From Macrostomum hystrix (Eukaryota; Animalia; Platyhelminthes), in NCBI GenBank assembly GCA_950097015.1, contig CATNEN010000011.1:4898001-4962000 (forward strand): a stretch of 64,000 nt of DNA, read 5' to 3'. Below the pieces are notes generated by a model. It was not told the DNA's origin, ran no database searches, and saw only the letters and a list, made by a program, of their open reading frames with translations. This document shows positions 36,886 through 49,200 of the stretch, piece after piece; the first letter of the stretch is position 1, and each line of letters begins with the position of its first letter. The translations under genes were made by a program, and so were the position numbers.

Positions 36886-37626
36886 CTGAGATTGATGGGG
36901 AAAGACTTTGATAATGATAAGAATGGGAGTTGGTTGGTTGGTTGTGGTTTTTTTCTGCGTGTTTTGGGAGTATGGATTGGGTGGATAATATTGGGGAAGT
37001 AGGATTTTGGGAGTTAAAAGCAGATATTTGTAGCAATTGCAGCCTTACAGAATGTGGATAATTCTATAATTTCACTTATACCTCTCTGCTACTACATTCT
37101 TGATCGTGTCAAATCCACGCCAGTGTGAGAAAAATACGGTTCCCAAATGTGAACAAATAACTGAACCAAATCCCAGCGCTTGAGAATACTTTATCAGCTA
37201 CATTTGTAACAAATGGAAACTATTTCTAATTACTATTGTAGCGTTTGTCTAGGGATCGTTCTCCCCTCTCCTCTCCTTCCACCCCACCTCCCTATCCTCC
37301 TTCGATTCGCTATTCGCTGTCCTATCCCACAGCGTGTCTTCCCTGGAAGGAAGTGAGGTTGCGGGCCTGCTTCTAGAAGGAGAGAGCCAGGAAGCTTTGA
37401 AAAATGGGAGATTTGGGGAAGAAAGGAAGGGTGAGAGAGTTGTTGTCGAGGCACTTCTGACTCTGAACCCTATAGCCTTGTAAAATTGCATTCTTCTAGG
37501 CGTGCAAGCCGCCTGACAAACGTGGAACCTTATTCAATTGAAACACAAACAGACTAAACTTTAAGTTCTCTTAAACCCGCTTTGACCTTATCTTCATCTA
37601 CTCAAAATTGTGGCTTAAATTGAAGC

Positions 37627-40600
37627 ATGAACACTTCTTTGGCAACGTCGACTCCATCTGATGCAACCACAAGCAGTCCGGTTGTTGGCGTCGGCAATTG
37701 CACCCAGCGTCGATGGTACATACAGCTAGCCTCGACCGGTGTCACGTTCCTCGGCGGCCTGCTAGTCCTGCTGCTAATCAGATTGGCCAGTTCGTTGGTT
37801 AGAGAAATCCGACGGCGTCACGGTCACAGAGGGCGTTCGTACGAGGTGCACGAGCACCGAAAATCGGTTCGCAGCGGCAGCTCGAGCAGCGGTGGCGTTC
37901 TGATTCACTCGAATCCTCAGGCAACGACGACCGCTTCCCAGCTGCAGTCAATGCAGCAGCTGGACGGTGTGGCGGTGATTTCGCCAAATTCAAAAGTCGG
38001 CAGCTCGCTAGTGACAAGCAGCGGCTCAGCGATTCGCGACTGGGCCAACGAATTGATCTGCGCACAGAGCGTCAGTGGGCGCATCCTGGCTGTTCTGGTG
38101 TTCATTCTGAGCCTGTCGTCAGCCGGCATCTACATCTATGAGGCCAGCACACTGGTTGGTGCCGCTGAGAACTGTACGCCCTGGTCCAAGAATGCGCTGA
38201 GTCAAGCGGACCTGGCGTTCAACACCGTCTTCTTGGCGTTCTTCTGCGTCAGATTTCTGGCTGCTCAGGACAAGTTCTGGTTCTGGCTTGACATCTACTC
38301 AATCGTAGACTATTGTACGGTGCCCCCGGCATTCGTGAATCTGTGCCTAGGCCAGTCATGGCTCGGTTTGAGATTCATGCGAGGCCTTCGCATCATGACC
38401 TTGCCGGATGTACTGCAAAGTATCAACGTTATCAAATCCGGAGCTGTCATTCGCTCGCTGCAGATGATCACCATCTTTCTGAGCGTCTGGCTTATAGGGG
38501 CCGGCGTCACTCATCTATTTGAGAACACTGGCGATCCTCAATTGGATTATTCGAATGTGAATGTGAGTCTTATATGAAAGCGCACGAGTGTTGATCGATT
38601 TTACGTACGTTTATAAAATCAAAATCACTGCACTGAAACGTCATTACTACTACAAAGCTTAATTAAAAGTACACTTTTGGGGGGCTTGTCAAGCACAGTT
38701 CATGCCCACGATCACCATTAAGGGTGTCGAACTGCCTGCACAATGATAAAATCGGGAGCAGCAATAGCTTCTCAAAACGTGTCACATACATATACGCAGT
38801 ATTGCCCGTACTTTAATCTGAGACTAGGATATAAAGCCTTAATTTGCAGAAATCGAATCACTTCTTCATGCTCGTTGGCGAAATGAATTTACACTGTGTT
38901 TCTATGCATAATATGCTTGTAAATGTTGCTTTACCCTTTTTCAGCAAATGTAATAACGTAGTCGCAGCGCGGACGATAAAGTCCAGCAGAAAACAGGAGC
39001 GTACAGCTAATTACAGATCTTCTTGTAGAACCGCTGATGTGTGTGGCAAAAGACATGGCCTCTCTTAATGCTATAGCTTTGGCATTTGCGTGGATATTGC
39101 ATTCTGTGTTCCAGTTCATCTTTTTTCCTCTTTATCAATTCCCACACACACAGCAAGGCCCAGTCTGTATATTATTAACTTGCTTTTATGTCTAGTCTTG
39201 GTGGGCTACAAAAGCGAATTGAACAAGCCCCAACAATCTCCTGGCGTGGCATTACCCCGCAGTTCGAGGAGTGCCTATAGAGAGAAAAAAAATACATGCA
39301 TAGCGCATTGAAAATTAAAATATGCCAACGCACTTTTAGTAACATTTCTTCATGTTGGCAAGATATGGGCAATGCATGGGATTTCGCTAGCTTTTGGGCT
39401 GCATCCTAATATTGACAGTTTTAGAACTAAAGTTACCGGATTCTTGTTTTGTAGCAAAATGTTTAGAAGTTTAAAATACTTCAAGTATTTGTTTATTTTT
39501 TAAAGTGCGTTTAAACTATGTTAAGCGAACGAGTATAAATTAAAATAATAATTTATTCTAATTTATTCGGTAAAAGGGAATCAATTAATGAATTTCTAAT
39601 AAACCGGATCTAGATTTTGGATAAAATGAAACAAATTTTCCGGAATAAATTTCACGTACTGTAATTTAGTGCCTTGTAACTGATCTTTTTCGCACCGTAT
39701 GTCTCCCTCTCAGTCTCTCTTAAACTGGTTCAAACTGGTAATTTGAACTCTAAGCTCACAGAGCTGATCTGGCTATCTAAACAAGAGAGACTAGTCATTT
39801 ACTTTGGTTGAGCGAGTGCGAGATCGAGAAGGACCATGATCAAAGTTTTTAAGGCTAAAAGGGACTGTCTAGAGACCGGCTGCAGGATGCGAATGAGAAT
39901 TTTCTTCCCTCCCTGCTTTCCCTGCCCAAATGGGGATGTGTGATTATCCATCTCCGAAGATTCTGAATCCGAAGATTCTAAAGCCTTAGCAAGACGACCA
40001 AAGAGAAGGTATATTCGCTTTCAACTGAAGCTCTCAAACCAATCAGAAGGCTATTTTTAGAAGGCGTCTTACACGTGTACATTTTTTGATCTAAAGAAAT
40101 TTTGACAAAGTTTTGAGTTAGGCGATAAGCGTCGGACAATTTGAAGCTCGAAGGCTTGGGGGCTTGTCGTGCAATTTACACACAGGAGGACCAACAACCC
40201 CTCAGTGCACAGGGAGAGTGTACACACTGTCCAGTAATTAAATTGTCTCAGTAGATGTACATCACTCTTCGATGGCACTGGGTCGAGTGTATGTGCTTTA
40301 TTGATGTGCTATAATTAGCCACTATTCACCCACCTCATCGACAGCCAATCAGCATCGGCGACTGTCTCTACTTCACCATTGTGACCATGAGCACAGTCGG
40401 TTTCGGCGACATCTCGCCAAAGACCAGCTGGGGCAAATGCTTCATCTCCATCTATATCATGTTCGCCTTGGGCATATTCGCCTCATTCATCCCGGAGATA
40501 GCTGAAATCATCACTAGCCGCAGTCCCTATGCAGGCAGGTACAAGAAGGAGCACGGCAGAAAGCACGTCATCGTCTGTGGAGCCGTCACATTCGACTCCA

Positions 40601-43600
40601 TCGAGAGCTTTCTCGGCGACTTTCTTCACGAAGACCGACAAGAAACCGATGTTGAAGTTGTCTGCATCAACAAGAAAATGCCAAGTCTCGAGTTTCAAGG
40701 CCTGCTGAAAAGGAATTTCGGTCACGTGATGTACTTTACGGGAACAGTGCTTAGTCCGTCGGATTGTCAGTGAGTAAAGTTCACTTGAATGTACATTAAA
40801 ACCAGCTAATCGTATGAAGTGGGAACTGTTGAAGCTGCTATTCGTATTTCTATTGGCTGAGAGGTCATCCAATCAGAAACCAGACCTTTTTTCTTAGAAA
40901 ATCTTACCAGCCAAAAACGATTATAACAAAGGCAGGGTTTGATTAAATTTGATACTGTTCTTAAATCCGGTTGTCGTTTGAAGGCCATACCAGTGCCTAA
41001 TAGACAAATGGAATACCTTTGCCTTGTGCATAGAGTTTGATAAATTATGACCAAAGTAAAATGACATTCTTTACTTTCGCATCTCAGCAAATTATTGCGT
41101 GGAGAGTTCTGTCTGAAGGTTGTGCCCTTGGAATGTCATGTACAAGTACTTTGCTGTTAAAAGGCCTAAGGCTATACCTAGGTAGTAATAAGGTTCCCAT
41201 TTCATTGGCAGATAGTTGGATGGCTACCGGGTGTAGCTTTTAGCCAGCATAGCAACAACGAATTCCATTTATCTAATCAGCCTGTATAGTTGCCACCCCC
41301 AGGGGCGTCTCGCCTTTTTGAATAATGACACGGAGACGGAGAAACCTAGAGAGGTATACAGGCCGGGCAGAAACTATAGCGTGGAATCCACCAAGAAAAA
41401 GCAAGACGCATGCGGAGGAGCGCCTTTGCCATTATTCTTCGTTTTGCCACACAATCAGCCCAGAAAAGGTGAATGCACATGGGGTATTTGCTTTCAGTGT
41501 ACACTTTTATTCGAATTTAGCTTTGCTTCACGAACAAATTTACTACCCTAATTTGAATCGGAGTTAGCCCAAAATTTGTCTGTACGATGAATATATTCAT
41601 TGCATACGTAATTTCTAACAACTATGAAATTGTTAAACCATAGACAACCACAATGCCATCAAGGGGGTGAGTGGCAGAGTGGTTTAAAGCTTTTGCTTCT
41701 CGCACCAAAGGTCCCAAAGGTCGATTCCGCAGCGAGGCAACATTTATTTGGGGCGCAGCAGCGGAGAGAAGCTAGGCTTTGGGGGCTTGTCGTGCAATTT
41801 ACGCCCTTGTGGGCCAACCTCCAAGGCACAGTGCAAGTGTAAACTGCCTGACGATGTGAAAGTCAACGCAGATGTACACTACTGTGTGAGTGTGTGCGCA
41901 CGAGTCAGTGGAGAGGGCAGAAGTGCCTCCACACTGTCTGCGGGTCACTAAATGATGACCCATTGCCCACCTGCAAATATTTTCTTATTTTTATTATTGT
42001 GTTGTCTATACCCTTGGCTAAGCCATTGTCCATGGCTGTGTGGATAAAAATAGACAGTATGGATTGGCACTGAAGCTTCACGACTAGACTGCGCCACAAG
42101 TGAATGTCACCTCGTGACCTCGCTTCAGCCCTATTAAAATTCACACATTCTTACTCTCGAGTAGTTAGTTCATAATCGACCAAAAAAGTCCAAAAAACTT
42201 CCACAGGCGCGTGTGCCTGGACACGGCCTCCGCCGTGATCATCCTTGGCAACAAGCACAGCGAAGATCCGGACGCTGAGGACGCTTCAAACATCATGCGG
42301 GTAATCTCGATCAAGAACGCCTCTCCAACGACTCGCTGCATCATTCAACTGCTGCAGTACCACAACAAGGGCTACCTGCTGAACATTCCCAACTGGGACT
42401 GGCGCTTTGGTGACGAGTGCGTCTGTCTAGCCGAGCTGAAGCAGGGCTTCCTGGCGCAGAGCTGCATGGCTCCCGGCTTCTCAACCCTGATGGCGAATCT
42501 GTTCTCAACGCGAGCAATGAATAGAGCTGTGTGCGCCAACTCCTGGGAGAAGGACTACCAAATTGGCAGCGCCATGGAGATCTACTCCGAGTACTTCAGC
42601 GAGTTCTTTGTCGGCCACACCTTCCAGGAAGCAGTGGCTGTCTGCTTTAAAAAGCTCGGCGTCCTACTATTTGCCATTGAGGCCAAGAGCGATGAAGGCG
42701 ATCGCTACTTATCCATCAATCCGTCTGGTAGAAACTCCGTCATCTCTCACGGTTGTCACGGATTCTTCATCGCGGACTCTCAGGAGGAGGTGAAGCGTGC
42801 CTTCCTGTACTGCGGTAAGTGTCACTGCGACATAACCGAGCCGAAGCAGGTCAAGGCATGCGGCTGCCGGCGAGCGGAGGATCCGGGTGCGGCCAGAGCG
42901 AACTCCAGACTCTGCTGCGGAGAGACGCATGAGCTGACTCGACTGCGCGGAAATAACGCCAATGTTCGTAGACCGGAAATCCAGGTCGTGTCCAACAAGA
43001 CGCTGGCCACCCTGAAAGAAGCCGATTTCGGTTCCGAAGACAACTTCTCGGAGTTCGCCGAGCCAAACAAAAATTCTGTGGAATACTTCGACCTCACTGG
43101 CATGTTTCACTGGTGTCCTGAGAAGAACTTCGAAGATGTCATGCTCACACCCAGCAGCGCTAGTAGACTGGACCTGCGCCAGCACTACATCGTCATCGTG
43201 TTCGCTGACAGCGACTCGCCACTGATCGGTCTGCGCAGCTTCGTGATGCCTCTAAGAGCTAGCAACTTCCATCTAAGAGAGCTGAGACCGATCGTCTTCA
43301 TTGGCAACCTGGAGTTTCTACAGCGCGAGTGGGGCTCATTGAAGAACTTCCCCAAGATCTACATGTTCCCCAGTTCGCCAATGAACCGCGTCGTGCTGCG
43401 CAGCGCCAAGATTAACCTGTGCGACATGTGCGTCATCATGAGCGCCAAGTCCAAGTGGAAGGACCAGATGGATCCGTACCTCATGGACAAGGAGGTTGTA
43501 CTCTGTACTCTCAACATCAAGGCCATGTCGTTTGCGGAAGGTCTAGACACGAATCTCCAAGCTCAACTGCAGGCCTTTCAGAGCAAAGACCAAAAGTCGA

Positions 43601-44172
43601 ATCCATTATTGTCAAAGGTGGCAGTGCCGATTCTCACGGAAATCTTTGTCGGCAAAAACATACAGTTTTTGGATCAGGAGGATGACGATGCAGACGAAGA
43701 TGAGATCTACAACTCGCAGCCGTACGCCTGCGGAAATGCCTTCACAGCAGGAGTGTTGGACTCGCTCATGTCCACCGTGTTTCACAATATGAACGCCATG
43801 ACGCTGATTCGCACTCTGGTCACAGGTGGAGCCACTCCCGAAATGGAGATCCTCATGGCGGAGGGTCTCAGTCTGGATGGCACGGAAGCGACGCCGGAGA
43901 TTCAAGCCAACAGGCACCGATGCCGCGCGATGCAGCTGTCAATGATGGATCCTCGTCTGCGTCCGCACGAGCAGGGCTCGTTTGGCGATCTGCTCACAGG
44001 GGTGCTAAAGTCGCATGGAATTTTACCGCTGGGCGTGTATCGGTACCGTGACAGTTACTGCCCATCGGATCCACCGACCACAAAGCGGGTGGTGATTACA
44101 AATCCGGGGGCGGATTTCCGGCTGCTGAACTCCGACCTGCTGTTCTGCTTGGTGCCATTTCAGCACGACTAG
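37627..44172 (+). CDS. slo-1: Slo1/BK-type calcium-activated K+ channel alpha subunit (divergent paralog); exons 37627-38562, 40345-40769, 42207-44172; ~1108 aa
   Basis: S0 (WYIQLASTGVTFLGGL), S4 (WLGLRFMRGLRI), pore TMSTVGFGD, S6 FASFIPEI, RCK1 (KHVIVCG, DFLHEDR, IIQLLQYHNK), CxxCH, RCK2 and Ca-bowl QFLDQEDDDADEDE. Introns 38563-40344 (phase 0) and 40770-42206 (phase 2) are GT-AG. Confidence 0.93.
40140..40270 (+). mobile_element. 3' fragment of SINE family B in Slo intron 1
   Basis: GGCTTGGGGGCTTGTCGTGCAATTTAC is shared with 41775-41805. Confidence 0.6.
41663..41960 (+). mobile_element. tRNA-derived SINE family B in Slo intron 2
   Basis: A-box TGGCAGAGTGG and B-box-like GGTCGATTCC, followed by a body shared with the 7710 and 40140 copies. 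Confidence 0.75.
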
Positions 44173-46271
44173 CGATGGCTAGCTTCTAAATTTGAGGCTT
44201 TAGAAGAAACTGCCGAATGCTTTAGAAATTTGATGACAATGTTAAATAGATAAAGTCTAGCTACTTAAAGTTGAATACTTTACTATCTGCTGTTCATTGT
44301 TAATTTTCGTATCATTCGATGGTTGTCTACAAAAAATTATTCTAGTATAGCTTGTTCATTTTCTAACGAAATAAATGCAAGCTTAGACACTTAATTTGCT
44401 TGTTATCCCAACCGCTATTTAAGGCTTTTACTATTCCTTATGGTTTTTAATGAGCTAGTTTAAAACGCAGAAAATTATATAAATCGATTAGTATATCTGA
44501 TTCTTTCTTTATAAATTATACCTACAGCTAATCATTTTTTAGATTTGAAACACTGTATATCTACGAGATAGTACTCGTATTATATCATTGGATTTTTGCT
44601 TGGTTGCCAAATTATCATAGAATAAAAGAAAGCATTATGATAGCTAAAATTTGCCTGCATTGAAGCTTAATTCTACTGTTTAATATATATATTTAGCGCA
44701 TTCGCTTACAATTCTGACTACTCTCCGATGAAGCTTGCTCGCGGCTTTCCCGTTTTTATTGTGTAAATATCGGTCTGCTAAATCGAATTAATTTGAACTT
44801 CTATTTCCCTTTTGGTTTTGCATAATTGCAGCTTTGCTATTAACAAATGTTCGCTCTAGACGTTACAAGCTTCTCTGTTCTTTTAACGCATCTTGGCACG
44901 CGATCAAGAGTTTTTTCTCCGAAATCTCTAATACATATATTGCATTCTTCTTTTATTCCAAAAGTGAAACGCCGTGATCTCTAAAAACTTATTTAATAAA
45001 ATTATTAAAGTTACAATTATTTATAGTTCGCTATGCATGCAGTTAACCTTGCTTGCTTATTCAAAAAACTTTGTTTTGTGTCGTCTACATGCTTGGCGTT
45101 AAATTTTTAAAACATCTTTTGTATCAGTATAACGAGAGAGATAGAATTAAGAGAGATAGAACAGCAGATAGTTAGGCAGTTCATGTGATTTCTGATTTTA
45201 AATTCTAATGTAGCTCATGAGATTTTTAGCCAGTGATTAGCGCTCTGGATTGTCGACTTGTATAAATACTTCTGAAGAGAGATAATTTTAGTTCCCCAGT
45301 AATCTTACATCAAAGTTAAAGGTAGTGTAAAGGCAAAGGTAAAATGGCACCAGCCAGTTGAGCCGAGTAAGGGACAGTTTTGATGGACGTGGACCCTAAG
45401 CCAATGGACTGAAGAAATACGTATTAATGAAAAACTTACAACATAATAAAAAAGTTTAGTTTTATTACCCGAAAACCATATTTTACATGATCTGTAAATA
45501 TATAGTGTCTGATCGAGGACTGTCTGAGTCTCCCGCTTGTTTAGTGCCGCAACCGTTCAAATTTATAAAAAAATTCTGCTTTCTGTTTTACTTTATGACA
45601 GTAAATTTAAAACAATTTGTCTTATATAGTCGCTAAAATTATTTTTTATCACATTCATGGCTGTTTTTGAGATACGTTTTGTTAATATTTCAAACAAAAA
45701 CTCGGTCCGACATAAATTATTCGAAATGATGGCCGTGATACAATTGATCTAATCGAGATTAAAAATATATATTTGCATTAAAATCATCAGTACCGATTTT
45801 AAATAGATTTAGTTCTGTTCGATTTTGAGAGCTAGGCTTTGTTTATCTCACTTTGGCCACAGAAAGAATAGGCCTATCTGACAGCAACCCGAGTTTCTCA
45901 TTTCTTATATAGGCTTACTCTGGTATACTTGCTTATAACATAAGCTAAGCTTAATTTGATAGAATCTAGACTGCTGAAAAACTGTCTTGAGGAAGCTTTC
46001 TTGTTTAAAATCAAATAAAATCAATATAGACATATTTAAATTTTGCCTATCCAGGCGAGTTGAACTAGCAATAGAAGAGGCCTATAACCTATAACTAGCT
46101 AGACCTAAGCTACTACATAGACATATCTATTTAAGCGTAAGGTATTCTAGCCATTCAAGCCTTGTGGCTAGTGAGTACCTGAAGCTAAAGGAAAACTAAA
46201 GGAATAAGCCTTTATTAAAGTAATAGAGCACTAGGACCTATCTAATTTCAATTTCATTTAAGCTTATTAAT

Positions 46272-49200
46272 ATGGTCAAAGAAGCAAAAGTCACCAAAGC
46301 ATCTCAAAAGTTTGATGCAAAGAAATTTCAGCAAAAATTACAAGTTCTGGTCAATGAAAGAGACAGCATTTATGCTTTGTCTACTGAATGTTTTAATTTT
46401 AAAGATTGTGCAAACCAGATTGTCAGATTCTGGGCTATCGCATTTGAAATGGGTAAGTTTCTATTTATTTTTAAATTAGATTTTTTTCTGAATTTTGTAA
46501 ATTTTAGTTTTTTCCCTTAACCAGTGATCAGGGCCATATTTTGGATTTGGTATTTGGCATGATTGTCATATACTCTTAACTCATAAGCATGTCAAATTTT
46601 CTGTCAACAGTTGCTAAGGTAGGAATTTTAAAGCACTTGTCTTGCCTATGCTCTAGGTTTGTGCTAATAAATATGTTGTTGAAGACTTAAATCTAAAATT
46701 GTCTTATAGCTAACTTATAAGTGTCTCTAGTTCTCAACTTTTATATACTTTTATATACTTCTTATATTAATTTCAAATTGGTAGCATTATAAATTTAATA
46801 TGGTAGGGTAATGTATCATCAACCAAACAAGAATGTGTATTTTTTTAACTTCAAACCTAAGCTACAAATTTTCTATTTAAGATATGATGATAAATCAAAA
46901 GCCAAGTTATAGAAAACAGTTACATCTTTCTAAAAATTATCTGCTTTTGCTATTTTATCAAATAGAAAAAAGTTATTCCCACTTTTTATCTAAAACCAAA
47001 CAATGATTTTCATGTATCTTCAAACCAAACAGAGAATTTGAAGTTTGGTGTTACAATTTGAGTGAGTGGTTTAATCTTATTTTAAGGAGTGAACTATTAT
47101 GAATTATGTAATTTGAAAGCATTTTTTCATGCCCTATAAATAACTACATTTATGGTCATTTAATTGGCAAGCAACCACATAGGCTATGGTGGAGTTCCAT
47201 TCGTTATATTATTTTGCAATTTGAAATGACTGCGGACAGGTTAAACAAGTTTTACGACCAATGCAGCAACATTTAAACAACACGAGGACACTCAGAAAAG
47301 TTCATCAGAGGTTCATCAGTTCCTTATCCGTTCATCAAGTTGGATAATAGTGGGACACCCAATACATGAAGTTGCCGAATGCATTGACTGGGTATAGACG
47401 GCGCCACATGTACTCCTGCAGATGTGACTCAAATAGTGCATCCAATGTGCCATGCATCTGTTGCAGCCTGGCCTTGGCATGTGCCCAGGTGCCCTCCACG
47501 GTGTTGGTGTGAACACTTGGGTCTTGCGGATTTACGCAGTTGAGCCGATGGTTCACAGAGGCATGTCCATAGCCACGTGCTGCAAGGCCGTTGTAGGCAA
47601 GCCACCCATCAGTGATGACTCGTGTGCCCGGCAGGATGTACTGTTGCAAAATGGGCAGCATAGTTTCTGCGCGACGATCTGGTACAATAACCATCATACA
47701 TTTGTTGCTCTGGTGTTCAACCATCCCAAGCACCTAGTGGCCCTCGCGGTACTGTCCAATATGGTACTTCCGATGGAAGAACTTGCTCTCGTCAACTTCA
47801 ACCTCCCTGCCAGGGCCACCCATCTGCATAGGATGGTCAATCAGCACTTGGGCACAGATGTCACGGCAGAAGTTCGCCCAGTCAACCACAGTGTGATTGT
47901 CTCCACTGCCTCCAATGCGACACTCTTGTCTGATGTCCTTCAGCAGCGTCTTCAGGGACCACCAGTAAATGAAGTCCACCAGTTGGCATAGTGTCAGGTG
48001 GCTTCCCTCGAAGAATGAGCCCTTCCTGACTGACTCTTGTCCATGGCAGGTATTGCATGACCAGGCCCAGCCATCGATGTAGTGGTCTCCCTGACAATGC
48101 TGTAGGCACATAGGTGGTGCATTAGCACAGTGGCAGCGCCGCTCATTGGCCAGCAGCTGGTACTTTGCCAGCCAGCGCATGGTTGACAGTGTGTCCACAG
48201 TCATGGCGTGCATGTCCCGCAGTGTCCAGTCGATGTTGCATAGTTCCACAGCAGCCATAATCTCTCCTGGGAGAATAATCGTCGAAGGTGCAGCAGGTCG
48301 ACCCGCCATCTCCAGTAGCAGCTTGGGTTGATTTGTACTTTTGATTTGTGCTGAGGCAACTTGAGCAACTTGAGCCGATAAGGTCTTGACTTGAGCCAAC
48401 AGTCAATTTTAGACCATAGACATACATATGCCACGTCATGCCAAATCGTCCGTTGCATTACCGGGCTTTTGGCACCATTTTGAAATTGAAAAATAATATA
48501 ACGAACAGAACTTCACCATAGCCACCACATACAATCTTTGTCTAAAGTAAATACTGAAAAAATGTTGTTAAAAAGTTTGCTTTTGCAATAAAAATTTCTA
48601 CTGAAACATCAATATCTTTCTTTCCTCTTAATGCTTCATTGCAAATCATGCCTCAGCTTGTAGATAATTTCTTCAACTTTCAAATTAGTTGTTCTGTGAA
48701 ACACAATAGCTTGTTTCTGTCTTGCACGAGACCAAGGAAGAAGTCAAAATTCTTGTTTGGTTTTGAAGATACACTGTTCGGTTGATGATACATTACCCTA
48801 GCATTATACATTCAATATGGCCAATACTTACCCTTTCTATTTATTTGCACTTAAAACTTTACTGTATATTATTGGACTTACCAATGGATCTAACGTTACA
48901 GCATTTCTTCTTTCACTTTTCTCACTTCTATTTTTTAATCTCTCTTTTTAAATAACTTTAAGGCAAACTATTTCCAACTTTCTGAATGTTCTTATAGAAG
49001 ACAAAACATTAACTTTTTATTCCCTTTCACATGTTTATATACACCTGCTCTTTACATCCCTCTTCATCCACTTCAGTAAAACTTTTATAAATTAAGTGTA
49101 ATAAAACGAAGCTCATGCAATTAAACAATTAATTTACTTTTAGCTAAAACACTTTCCAAGTAAGAGTCCCTGTTAATATATGAGCGTATACTCAAATATC

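Larger units (their letters stand above)
46806..48798. mobile_element. Second copy of the TA-flanked MITE, split by a Merlin insertion
   Basis: Same TIRs and internal sequence as 17618-18271, with TA flanks. Confidence 0.9.

Noticed and set aside
41845-41865. Hammerhead-like CTGACGA...GAAA
   Set aside because: No stem II or flanking helices. Other CTGATGA hits (17473, 25382, 61560) also lack the required structure.
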